DNA from: an uncultured Planctomycetota bacterium
GTDB taxonomy: Bacteria; Planctomycetota; Planctomycetia; Isosphaerales; Isosphaeraceae
Direction: 5' to 3'
Assembly (NCBI GenBank): GCA_963823665.1
Contig: CAWGMQ010000004.1
Location: forward strand, 1,184,001-1,248,000
Length of the DNA stretch: 64,000 nucleotides
Shown here: piece by piece, positions 1-9,533 of the stretch
Numbering within the stretch: position 1 is the stretch's first letter
Layout: each line of letters opens with the position of its first letter
Program-made: the position numbers and the translations under genes
Notes under the pieces: generated by a model
The model's input: only the letters and a program-made list of their open reading frames with translations
What the model was told of the DNA's origin: nothing
Databases searched by the model: none

Positions 1-215
1 AGCCGGTTCCACTCTCGCAGACCGGGTCCGAACGGATAGTAATAGGCCGGGACCCAGAGCCGCATCTGGACCGTTTTCGCGTCGGCATCTGCCTTCTTCT
101 TGCTCTTGGGCCGCTGAGCCGACACGGCCACTGAAGCAGATAACCCAACGACGACGAAGGCGATCAGAGACTTGCTGAACAACAGAGCCGGCAGACGCAC
201 CGTGGAAAGACGCAT
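1..215 (-). CDS. Spherulin-4 family (GH135-like) exported protein, 5' part only (runs off the window)
   Basis: Manual translation from ATG 215 (RBS AAAAGGGGG): signal-like MRLSTVRLPALLFSKSLIAFVVVGLSASVAVSA, then MRLWVPAYYYPFGPGLREWNR, which resembles the spherulin-4 N-terminal motif (xVPAYxYP..W). Confidence 0.6.
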   Translation of the reverse strand, partial: MRLSTVRLPALLFSKSLIAFVVVGLSASVAVSAQRPKSKKKADADAKTVQMRLWVPAYYYPFGPGLREWNR

Positions 216-241
216 GATCGGAGCCCCCTTTTGTCGACACC

Positions 242-1690
242 TCACCTGCCGGACGGTTTCTTCAGTCGCGGAAACACCCGATCCGGCAGCGGTTTGCCGG
301 TCTCGCGATCGGCTTCGTCGGCCCTTAGCGTTTCGGGCATGACATCCCTCGTCGCCCGCATCCATTCCGCGAGCGCGCTTCGCATCTCGCTGATCGTCTT
401 GGCGTACCTCGGGTCGCCGGCCAGATTGACCAGCTCGTGCGGATCGGTCTCGAGATCGTACAGTTCCTCCACGGTCCGCGGCGCCGCGAAGCATGCCCGC
501 TGTGCTTCAGTCAACTTGCCCGCGTCACGGAGTCGGCGCATCGCTTGAAATGTCGGGCTTCGCACCGCGTCGGCCGGCGGTGTTAGCGCGCGGGTGCTGT
601 CATCATTCTTGATGTATTTGAACCGTTCGGATCGGACCGCCCTGCCGTGGGACGCATAGTCGTGCCAGTTCCGCTCGGCGAAGATCAGCTCGTGCACCTT
701 CGCCGTCGGGTCGGCGAACAGCGGCGAAAGATCCTCGCCCTGCACGCTCGGCCCGGGCTCAATTCCGGCGAGCCTGAGCATCGTCGGCGCGATGTCGATC
801 GTGCTCACAAGGCTCCCGCATCGAGCTCCAGGCCGCACGCGGCCGGGCCACCGCACGATGAACGGCGTCCCGATGCCGCTGTCGTAAAGCGTTGTCTTGC
901 AGCGCGGGAACGGCCGGCCATTGTCGCTCAGAAACAAGACAACCGTGTTATCCGCGATCCCCTGCCGGTCCAGTTCAGAAAGCACCTCGCCAACATGGTG
1001 ATCGAGCCGGCTGATCTCGTCGTAGTAGAGTGCCAGGTCTTCGCGCACTTCGGGTATGTCGGGAAGGTAGGGTGGAACCGTGACATCCTCGGGACGGTGC
1101 GGCGCAGCGATCGTCCCTCGCTCGTATTCCCGATGCGGGTCAATGGCGGCCAACCAGAGAAAAAAGGGCTTGCCCTTCGGTCGGTCGCGCAGCACAGGCA
1201 ACCACTGGTCGCAACCACTCTGCAACGCACCAGAGTCTCCGGCAGTCGTCCGCCCCGCATTGGCTTCCCGGATCACCTCGAAGCGCGCCTTCGCGAATGC
1301 GCCGAGGTGCCACTTGCCCGCTTGCGCGGTCCAGTAGCCCGCCGCACGCAGCTTTTCCACGAACGTCACCTGGTCCCGAGGCAACGGCGAATGCAGCTCT
1401 GCGGCACCAGTGTTGTGCGGATAGCGCCCCGTGATCATGCTCGAACGGCTGGGGCTGCACGAGCTGGCCGTGACAAAAGCACGGTCAAACCGCATGCCCT
1501 CTCGTGCCAGCCTATCGATGTGGGGTGTTTTGACCTTCAGGTTCCCATACGCCCCACAGTCGTCCCTGCCCATGTCGTCAGCAATGATCAAAACGACGTT
1601 CGGTCGAGCTTCCTGTGCGCAAGCCGGCGATGACGCAATCATTACGTTTGAACCGCACACCAGCAGCACCAAAGTAAACATTCTCATCAT
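242..1690 (-). CDS. Formylglycine-dependent sulfatase (N-sulfoglucosamine sulfohydrolase-like)
   Basis: RPNVVLIIADD, CSPSR signature, GKWH, SDNG, ELYDLETDPHE motifs; signal peptide after MMRMF. Start shortened from ORF-track 1774. Confidence 0.92.
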   Translation of the reverse strand: MMRMFTLVLLVCGSNVMIASSPACAQEARPNVVLIIADDMGRDDCGAYGNLKVKTPHIDRLAREGMRFDRAFVTASSCSPSRSSMITGRYPHNTGAAELHSPLPRDQVTFVEKLRAAGYWTAQAGKWHLGAFAKARFEVIREANAGRTTAGDSGALQSGCDQWLPVLRDRPKGKPFFLWLAAIDPHREYERGTIAAPHRPEDVTVPPYLPDIPEVREDLALYYDEISRLDHHVGEVLSELDRQGIADNTVVLFLSDNGRPFPRCKTTLYDSGIGTPFIVRWPGRVRPGARCGSLVSTIDIAPTMLRLAGIEPGPSVQGEDLSPLFADPTAKVHELIFAERNWHDYASHGRAVRSERFKYIKNDDSTRALTPPADAVRSPTFQAMRRLRDAGKLTEAQRACFAAPRTVEELYDLETDPHELVNLAGDPRYAKTISEMRSALAEWMRATRDVMPETLRADEADRETGKPLPDRVFPRLKKPSGR

Positions 1691-1899
1691 CGACCCTCGA
1701 ACGCCAAGTCGCATTGAACGATCCCGGGAAAGACGAAACTCCCGGTGCGGCGAGCCATTCCTCACGAATTTCAACAGTTCGATCCCCCGTCGACTCCGTC
1801 CTCCGCCCTCCGCTCTCTGTCCTGCATCCCGTCCGCTCGGGCCTGGTTCAATCGCGCCGCTGCTCGGGTAACACGTTGCGCACCCGTCCTGGCGACTAC

Positions 1900-1955
1900 A
1901 CTAGCCCGAAGTGTAAGCGAGGGTTCCGGTTAGTCTTGATCCCGCTTCGCGCTAT
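1900..1955. repeat. REP-like planctomycete extragenic element (degenerate)
   Basis: ACTAGCCCGAAGTGTAAGCGAGGG with a decayed complementary arm (CCCGCTTCGCGCT); resembles an abundant planctomycete intergenic palindrome family (recalled, not searched). Confidence 0.4.
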
Positions 1956-2316
1956 TGCGCCGGCGCTGTTTCCCGCGATTGAACCGGGCCTCCTTTCGTT
2001 TTGATTATTTGACGATGCCCCATGGCTTGCAACGGTTAAGGAAACGACCTGGCGTCGCCGCAGGTCAGGCTTCAGCCTGACGATCTCCGCAAGACGGGAC
2101 CGCGATCGATCTGCGCAAAAGATGTCGACGTCGTCCATTTCGAGTGAGCAAGACACCAAATTCAGATCGCCCTCCACTCACCACCCACACCAGCGATTTC
2201 GTTTTGTATATTTGTCTCGCGCCCTTACGCCACAAGGATTACGGGAACAGCACCCGGCCGTGCCGGTGACTGCGATCCGCTCTCCGTCCAGCGCCCTTGT
2301 CCCGGGCATCGGCTCC

Positions 2317-2659
2317 TCCAATCCAAAATCCAAAATCCAAAATGCGTTGTTCGTTTTGTAAATTCGTCGCGCACCGTTACGCCACAAGGATCACGGGAAC
2401 AGGGCCGCGGAGCACTGGTGGCTGCGATCCGTTCTCGACCAACAGGGGCTCCAGTCGTCTGAGGACCGTGCTCGCACGATGAGAATCCGCGATCAAGAGC
2501 TCGATCTCCCGTCCCGCCTCATCTCCGTGACTCACCGCATCACGCCCGCTCCAGCTCGTACTCGTACTCCCACTCTTACTCGTAATCATAACTCGCGAGC
2601 CCACCCTCAGTCCCGCCCGCTCCCCCGGCAACTGACCCCTGACAACTGACCACTGACAA
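2317..2659 (+). repeat. Short tandem hexamer/heptamer tracts
   Basis: (AAATCCA)n at 2317-2343, (CTCGTA)n-like at 2555-2595, (CAACTGA)n-like at 2629-2659; similar (TCCGYCC)n at about 1795-1816. Confidence 0.8.
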
Positions 2660-3333
2660 TCGCGCTCTCAAGCACGCCAGTGATCCGATCGCCGCGCCTT
2701 TCGCTCGCAGTTTCCGCATCAAAAAAAAGCCGCTCAAACATAGTGAACAACACGGCCGCATCGTTTTGGCAATTTGCGGTGGCATATGCCATGAGATTTT
2801 TCAATCGCCTGGAAACGCACACGCCAGCTCGGATCCTTTGATTTTGATTGGACATGCGAAGCGGCCGTCCCCGTTCCGAATGACCGCTCGAACGATCGAA
2901 AAGTGGCAAAAAGTGGCAATACTTAGAGGCCTGTAAAGCATCCGTACACAAGTGTAAATTGGCGGCTATCAGCGGCGGCCTGTGGTCGTCATCCATCGCG
3001 TGTCGAAGCTCGCTCAATGCAGTTGGAATCATGGTCTCTTTTCCGATGGACTGGATTTGAAAGAAGCAGCGGGTCGTCAAGCATCCCGAGCAGTAGATCA
3101 GACTTTCAACCTGACGTTCAGCAAGATCACCCCCTTCAGCCTGCAACGCGAACGATTTGCTCCCTGAGTTCCGAGCTGTTGGAGTTGGTCTCAGCGGTTC
3201 CCGCACCGCCCGCCGGCGCACGCGCGGCTCCTATCTAGATGATCTACAAAACCCCCGATCCGTTTGCGCCAAAGATGTGGTATTCGTCCATTTCGAGCGA
3301 GATTCCTCGGCCCTCCGTCCTCAAGCTCTTGTT

Positions 3334-3379
3334 GGGCGCGGGTCTCTGACCCCGCCCCGAGAGCGGGACCGAAGGTCTC
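3334..3379. repeat. REP-like palindrome
   Basis: GGGCGCGGGTCTCTGACCCCGCCC hairpin followed by GACCGAAGGTCTC. Confidence 0.5.
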
Positions 3380-3647
3380 GCTCCGCCCCCCACGCACGAT
3401 CGCCCTCCGTCCTCCGCCCTAGAGTTCGGGTGGGTTCGTTTTGTAAATTCGTCGCGCGCCCTTACGCCACAAGGATTACGGGAACACAACAGCGTTTCTC
3501 CCCTCGTGGAGGAGGTGCCGCCGCAATCGGTGGCGGGGGACTCGCGCGGGGGAACACCACGCAGCGCAGCTTCCCCGCGCGGCGAGTTTCAGTCTCGCCT
3601 AGCTGTCCCGCCACATCTCCGTGACCTCGGTGCACGCCATCGTTCAT

Positions 3648-4106
3648 ATTCTTGTCTGACTCCGCCATCATCCCCTGGCCCTGACCAGCGAGTTCGTTTT
3701 GTATAATTGTCGCGCGCCCTTACGCCACAAGGATTACGGGAACAGCGCTCGGCCGCGCCGGTCACTGCGGCCCGCTCTCCGTCCAGCGCCCGTGTCCTGG
3801 GCATTGGGTCCTCCAATCCAAAATCCAAAATGCCTCGTCCCCCGGCCCCATGCCTTTTCTCCGGGACGTCTGCGCACTCCGCGGTTCAAATTCTTGTCTG
3901 ACTCCGCCATCATCCCCCACCCCTGGCCAGCGAGTTCGTTTTGTATAATTGTCGCGCGCCCTTACGCCACAACGATTACGGGAACAGCGCTCGGCCGCGC
4001 CGGTCACTGCGGCCCGCTCTCCGTCCAGCGGCCGTGTCCTGGGCATTGGGCCCTCCAAATCCAAAATCCAAAATGCCTCGTCCCCCGGCCCCATGCCTTT
4101 TCTCCG
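3648..4106 (+). repeat. Tandem duplication, period about 242 bp
   Basis: 3648-3863 and 3890-4106 are near identical (ATTCTTGTCTGACTCCGCCATC...CCATGCCTTTTCTCCG); a diverged partial third copy lies at about 2190-2345. Confidence 0.92.
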
Positions 4107-4759
4107 AGACTCGTCATAGTCCTTCATACATTGGCAACTTCCAATGGGACGAAATGGGACGAAATGGAACTCCTGACCCCAAAAACAGTCTCATTCTGAT
4201 CGCAGTTTTGAACCTCGTGCAATTGCTGCCCGGACCGCCCTCCAGCAGCACGGAAATGCTGTGAAGCAAGGAGGATAACGCCACAAGACCCGCTCGACGA
4301 TCCCGTGGCCCGCCCGGTGAAAACTCACCCTGCCCGCGGTCCACGCCCGTCCCACGCTCGGCGTCGCTCAAAAATCGAGTACCGTGCACTCCGCGCCGTT
4401 CCCCCTCCGCGGGCGCAGGCCACCCCCTGCGTTTCCGTCGCATGAGCATGATCACGACGCATTGAGATCCTCGAGCACACGCTCGAGCAAACGAAAAGAG
4501 CATTCGCGGTTCCAGATCAGAGGTGGGTGGTATCTCGCGCCGACTCCAGTGTCGGCGATCGAGATTGAGCTACATATAATATGTGACGGTTTTCCCGGAC
4601 TTGGCCATTTCGTGGCCCGGTAATCCGCGATTCTTATGCAGCTCGCAACGGATATAACGACCAACCCGATTGAAACCGCTGCTTTGCGCGTGACGCGGCT
4701 GAAAAACGGGGAATAACATCCGGCGCGATTCCCTCATCGAGCTGGTCGGCTCGGTCCGC

Positions 4760-5294
4760 TCGAGCGGATTGTCGGTGCCGCGATTGACCGTTTCGGCCGC
4801 ATCGATACCCTCGTCAATAACGCCGGCATCTCATCTCCAAGCCGTTCGTCGATTACACCGTCGCCGACTACACGGCGGTTCTGTCCGTGAACCTGGCGGG
4901 CTTCTTCCACCTCACGCAGAGGGTCGCCAGAGGGATGCTCGAGCGAGGGTCGGGCCACATCGTCAACATCACGGCGGCGCTGGCCGAGCATCCGCTGAAG
5001 GCGGTGCCCGCGGCGCTCGCGGCGTTAACCAAGGGTGGGCTCAACGCGGTCACCCGATCCCTGGCGATCGAGTTCGCCGACCGGGGCGTGCGGGTGAACG
5101 CGGTGGCGCCGAGCGTCATCAAGACCCCCATGCATACGGCGGAGACCCAGGAGTTCCTCAGCGGCATGCATCCCCTGGGACGCATCGGCGAGGTCCAGGA
5201 GGTCGTTGATGCCGTGCTCTACCTTGATTCGGCCGCCTTCGTGACCGGTGAGATCCTCCACGTCGATGGGGGCGCCCACGCCGGCCACTGGTGA
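4760..5294 (+). pseudogene. 5'-truncated, frameshifted short-chain dehydrogenase (SDR)
   Basis: ERIVGAAIDRFGRIDTLVNNAGI, shift near 4830, then SKPFVDYT...TKGGLNAVTRSLA...VTGEILHVDGG. No upstream TGxxxGxG cofactor motif was found. Confidence 0.75.
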
Positions 5295-5315
5295 CCGACA
5301 GCGCCGACCTTTCAC

Positions 5316-5345
5316 ACCGGATTTCCAGTCCGGTACTTCTGCCAC
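5316..5345 (-). other. tRNA-Leu-derived fragment 1 (3' D-loop plus anticodon arm, mutated loop)
   Basis: Minus strand reads GTGGCAGAAGTA-CCGGA-CTGGAAA-TCCGG-T; same stem as fragments 2-4. Confidence 0.55.
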
Positions 5346-5434
5346 TGCCGCGGTATCGATCGGCAAAGGACGCATCGAGGAGCTGCCTCCACACGGGACA
5401 CGAGTGTGATACAATCCTGCTGAGGAGGCGGCCG

Positions 5435-6160
5435 ATGCCGATTCACGACTGGACCCGGGTTTCAAGTGGGACTTTTCACGACTTCCACCAGGGGTGGACG
5501 ATCGAAATCCGCAATACCTTGAACAGCGGCGTTCTCCCGGACGGCTACTACGCCATGGCCGACCAACGGGTCAGCGGACCAGAACCCGACGTCGTTGCGC
5601 TTCGGTTACGCAGCCCGGATCCCAAGGGTGGGCTAGTAGTCGCGGAAACACCTCCACGCATAACGCGCGCCGCCCGGGTCGAAACCGAGACCGCTCTGTA
5701 CGCGCGAAAAGCCAACCGCATTGTGATTCACCACGAGCTCGGCCGGGTTGTGGCGATGATCGAGGTCGTCTCGCCCGGTAACAAGGACACCAAGCACGCG
5801 ATTGCGTCGTTTATTGCCAAGGCGGTCGACTTCATCCGCAACGGGATTCACTTCCTGATGGTCGACTTGTTCCCTACCGGACCTCGCGACCCGCAAGGTA
5901 TTGCCCAGGCCATCTGGGACGAACTGGTCGGCGAGTCGTTGGGAGCTCGGCCGGCTGACAAACTCCTGACCGTTGCTGCTTACGACGCCGGCGATGCGTT
6001 GACTGCCTACGTCGATGCGCTCGCCGTCGGGGACCCTCTACGCGATGCCCCTTTATTTCTTGCACCGGGCTGGTACGTGAACGTCCCGCTCGAACAAACC
6101 TACACGGCCTCGTGGGGCGTGACCCCCAAACTCATACGCGACCTCGTGGCACGGCCCTAG
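5435..6160 (+). CDS. DUF4058 family protein (PD-(D/E)xK-like fold)
   Basis: MPIHDWTRV..FHDFHQ.W, EPDV, IEVVSPGNK, VPLEQTY; RBS GAGGAGG before ATG 5435. Confidence 0.85.
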   Translation: MPIHDWTRVSSGTFHDFHQGWTIEIRNTLNSGVLPDGYYAMADQRVSGPEPDVVALRLRSPDPKGGLVVAETPPRITRAARVETETALYARKANRIVIHHELGRVVAMIEVVSPGNKDTKHAIASFIAKAVDFIRNGIHFLMVDLFPTGPRDPQGIAQAIWDELVGESLGARPADKLLTVAAYDAGDALTAYVDALAVGDPLRDAPLFLAPGWYVNVPLEQTYTASWGVTPKLIRDLVARP

Positions 6161-6340
6161 AACGGCGGTTGCAGCCGCCGCGAGTGTCATGAACGAGAAG
6201 GCGTGAGTGCACCGAGCCTTCGCTCGAAGGTGCCGCCCTGGTTGGCGACACGCGGGAATTGGGCTGACGCGGTCCAAGGGCCTGGCGGGCAGCTCAGACT
6301 ACCCGCGAAGCTCCACGTCACCAGCTCCTTGCCAATCAAA

Positions 6341-6398
6341 TACCGAAGGCGGGACTTGAACCCACATGTTGTTAACGGGACCGGATTTTGAGTCCGGT
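6341..6398 (-). other. tRNA-Leu(CAA) 3' half (att-like remnant, not a functional tRNA)
   Basis: Minus strand: CCGGA-CT CAA AA-TCCGG, variable arm, GTGGG-TTCAAGT-CCCGC, CTTCGGT-A. The 5' acceptor strand and D arm are absent. Confidence 0.85.
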
Positions 6399-6533
6399 AC
6401 TTCGTATTGGAACACGCCGCAGTGATACATAGACTCGCAGGAAGACGTGAGGATCGCCGCCGTGGTCCGGGTGATGGTGGTTCGCCAGGAAGCGGTGGTT
6501 TCGCTGAAAGCCTGGTGACACTATGATGAGGAA

Positions 6534-6815
6534 ATGGGCAAGCTCTTTGAGCAGATTCGCTCGGCGGTCGCGAACGATCGGTTCTTCGTCGCCTGCCATG
6601 CCGACGAGCGGTGCGAGGAACGAGGAATCACGGCTTGGCAACTGGTAGCGGGTCTCGAAGAGGCCGAGCTGGTTCGAGAGCGCCCCAGGAGCAAACCAAA
6701 TCCTTCCGTAGTAGTCCGGCAAGTCCTTGAGGACGGGAGTGAGGTCGAAGTGATCTGGTCCTGCTTAGGCGAAACGAGGCAGGCCAAGCTTGTCACTGTT
6801 TATCTGGTGGAGTAA
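6534..6815 (+). CDS. DUF4258 family putative RelE/BrnT-like toxin
   Basis: 93 aa; HADERCEERGI and C-terminal AKLVTVY; RBS GAGGA. Confidence 0.7.
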   Translation: MGKLFEQIRSAVANDRFFVACHADERCEERGITAWQLVAGLEEAELVRERPRSKPNPSVVVRQVLEDGSEVEVIWSCLGETRQAKLVTVYLVE

Positions 6816-6820
6816 GGGAA

Positions 6821-7048
6821 ATGAAGGAACGGCGGGAGAAGCGTAAGCGTTGGGTGCGTCGCGGTCGATATGCCGTCGAGGTTGAGGTCGACGTGGTTTA
6901 TCCCGCGGGAGATCCATCCGAACCGTGCCTGGAACCAGCCACGGTGCGCTGGCTCGATGAGGTCGCGCGCCGCGCCGAGAAAGGAGATGTCGCCTACCTC
7001 AAGTCCGTCGGCGAGGTATTTCGGGCCGTTCCTCCGCGAACAAAATGA
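6821..7048 (+). CDS. Small protein, putative antitoxin partner of DUF4258
   Basis: 75 aa, 5 bp downstream of the toxin-like gene; GRYAVEVEVDV...GDVAYL..GEVF. Confidence 0.65.
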   Translation: MKERREKRKRWVRRGRYAVEVEVDVVYPAGDPSEPCLEPATVRWLDEVARRAEKGDVAYLKSVGEVFRAVPPRTK

Positions 7049-7088
7049 TTCGCTACCGAGCTCGGTGCGACCGCGCCGGTTGTTTTAC

Positions 7089-7146
7089 TACCGAACGCGG
7101 GAGTTGAACGCACACCCTCATGCGATGACCGGATATTGAGTCCGGG
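7089..7146 (-). other. Degenerate tRNA-Leu(CAA) 3' half
   Basis: Minus strand: CCGGA-CT CAA TA-TCCGG...GTGCG-TTCAACT-CCCGC-GTTCGGT-A; aligns end to end with 6341-6398. Confidence 0.75.
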
Positions 7147-7153
7147 ACTGCGA

Positions 7154-8524
7154 CTACACGGCAGCCTGCTTGCTACACCACCGCCTCCACATTTCACGGT
7201 AAGCGGCTTCGACCCCGCGCGCAAAGCGCGACGCATCCGAGAGTGGAGAAGCCTGCAGACCATCACGAAGAGTCGCACGCAGCTCACAGAGACGCGGCAC
7301 ATCGCCGGCCAGGGCGACCGCGATGCTCACGAATTGGTCGGGTGTCTCGCCAACCAACTCCGACAGACCCAGGTTGGTGAGCAATGACAGCCCCGCTCGT
7401 GCGACGGGTGAATCGCCCTCGAGAGTGACGACGGGAACACCCTGCCAGAACGCGTCGAGGCTGGTGGTGTGTCCGTTATACGGGAAAGTGTCGAGGCCGA
7501 TGTCGATGCGATGGTAGAGTTCCAGATACTGCAGGCGAGGCTGCCTGGCAACGAAGGTCACCTTTTCGCTTTTCACACCTTCCCGTTCCAGCAGATCCAA
7601 GGTATGCCGGCGAACGGATCCTTCGGGGGCCAGGAGCAACAGCCGCGATTCGTCGACAGCGGTGAGGACCTGCGCCCACACCTTCAGAACCCAATGATTC
7701 ACCTTGCAGAAGTTGTTGAGGCAGCCGAACGTGATGCAGCCGTTCTCCACCGCTGGCACCGCGCTGATGGCTGGTTCCTCCGCGAGCGGATCGTAGCACC
7801 AGAAGGCGTTCGGAAGGAGGATCGATTCCTCCGAGTAGTCGTGTTCGCGAAGCCCCGGAGGGTCGATGTAGGGGTCAGTGAAGCGGTAGTCAATAGTCGA
7901 CAGGCCGGTGGTGCCTGGATAGGCAAGCCAGGAGACCTGAACGGGCGCTGGCTTGCGGGCGAAGACCAGAAGTCGATTCCCGGCCATGTGCATACTAAGG
8001 TCGACGAGAATGTCGATCCCGTCCTGGCGGACGAGCCGGGCAACCTGGGCGTCGGAAAGACCGCCGATGCCCCGCCAGACGTCGGCCAGAGGACGGAGAC
8101 GCGCTGTGATTTCGTCAGGACGGGCGACATCCGCGTCGCAGTAAATCTCAAAGTTCTCGTGATCATGTGCGGAGAGAAGGGGCGTCGTGAAAAACGACTG
8201 GGCATGGTCGCAAAAGTCGGGCGAAACATAGCCGACTCGTAGCCGGCGCTGGGAAGCGCAGTCGTTCGAATGCGGTTGAATGAGGCGTGAGAGCGGCTCG
8301 GCGAACCGCCGGCTCCAAATCCGGTGTTCTTCGAGGATCGCTCGTGCGTCGTAGCCGGGGCAGAAGAGCAGCGTGTAGAGCAGGTTGCTGTGCGCCGTAT
8401 GAACGTCCGGCTTCAGCTCGATGGCCCGGCGGAAGGAGGCAACCGCTTCGTCCAGGGCCCCCTGATCCTTGAGAGCATTGCCCAGGTTGTTGAGTGCCTC
8501 GGCGTAGGCAGGGTCGAGTCTCAG
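7154..8524 (-). pseudogene. 5'-truncated TPR + O-GlcNAc transferase (SPINDLY/GT41-like)
   Basis: Frame reads open from a TAG at 8546-8548 with no start codon until 7993: AEALNNLGNALKDQG, HSNLL, RVGYVSPDF, DILVDL.MH, PVQVSWLAYPGTTG, DTFPYNGHTT. Confidence 0.85.
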
Positions 8525-8589
8525 TAGTTTCTCTAAACGGGTCGACTAGAGCCGAAGTTTACCAATCGAGCCCATCGAGAACGACATCC

Positions 8590-8949
8590 GTGATACTCCC
8601 TCGCGTACGGTTCACTCTCCGACGGCTGCTCATGATTATCGCATTGTTGGCGGTGCTGATGGCCGCAGGCCTCGAGGCGGCGCGGGCGAGCCGCCGTGTG
8701 CGCGCGTACCGGCAATATGCGGTTGCGCACGCCGCCTTTCGGGACCTGGGCCTCGCGGAGGCCGAGGAGTATCGATTTGCTCTCGTCCATGGGGAATGGG
8801 CCGACGACAAGGCAAGAACCGAGTTGCTCCAGCGGGAGGCTGGCGAACGGGCGCTGACCCGGCACTGCGATTCCCTGGCCGCCAAGTACCGCGACGCCGC
8901 TCGGTTCCCTTGGCTGCCGGTCGAACCCGATCCTCCCCAACCGCACTGA
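8590..8949 (+). CDS. Planctomycete small membrane-anchored protein
   Basis: RFTLRRLLMIIALLAV N-terminus and KYRDAARFPWLPVEPDPP C-terminus; GTG start at 8590. Confidence 0.75.
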   Translation: MILPRVRFTLRRLLMIIALLAVLMAAGLEAARASRRVRAYRQYAVAHAAFRDLGLAEAEEYRFALVHGEWADDKARTELLQREAGERALTRHCDSLAAKYRDAARFPWLPVEPDPPQPH

Positions 8950-9533
8950 AGTCGTTCGCGAGAAACTCGTGGATTAGCGTGGCAGGCCAAAACCACTGGC
9001 GTCGTTCAAACTATCGAGTCAGCCCTTTTGTTCCCTGCGTCTGTGGAAGTAAGACGCAGAGCGCCAGAAGTGCGACACAGAACGGCTAAAGCCCCACAGG
9101 ACTCGCCGAATCGTGGCGGCCCGTGACGTCACGAAGCTTCGTCTTGCCGATCATGGTTTCGTGCCTTGTCACCTGCAGCCAATGTCAGCGGCCCGATCGG
9201 CCAAGCGCGGACGATCACCGGATGCTGGACCACCAATCTTGGTCTCGCCGGCTCGATGATCCGCTCGCGATCCGTTGGATTGACCGTTCGATCTGCCCTG
9301 ATGATAATCGACCACTCGTCCGAAAACAGCTACTCAGACTCCTTGAGCTGATTATGCCAATGCGAACACCCCTACGTTCGTGGTGCGCGCCCGCATCAGC
9401 GTCATCTCCGCCTCGCGAATGGTCGACAACGCTCGACGTAAACTTCACTGCGCCTTCTCGCTGACGCCTTGTCGCTACGGCGCTTCACCAATTATTCTGG
9501 GATGTCCGCGCCCTTCTCTCGAAAGGATCAGTC

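Larger units (their letters stand above)
2198..3986 (+). repeat. Five dispersed copies of a 52-bp motif
   Basis: TTCGTTTTGTAWAWTYGTCGCGCGCCCTTACGCCACAAGGATTACGGGAACA at 2198-2249, 2350-2401, 3435-3486, 3693-3744 and 3935-3986. Confidence 0.92.

Noticed and set aside
2198..3986. CRISPR array
   Set aside because: Repeats are 52 bp with gaps of about 100, 1030, 205 and 190 bp, the intervening sequences are partly duplicated, and no cas genes are present.
1896..4700. Short ORFs in the repeat field (for example NPKSKIQN- or RSCK-type peptides)
   Set aside because: They are translations of repeats, with no RBS or recognisable domains.
6341..6398. Functional tRNA-Leu gene
   Set aside because: No 5' acceptor strand or D arm upstream on the minus strand.
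9035..9059. Hairpin CTGCGTCT-N9-AGACGCAG as terminator or attC site
   Set aside because: No U-tract, no GTTRRRY/RYYYAAC ends, and only a single copy.
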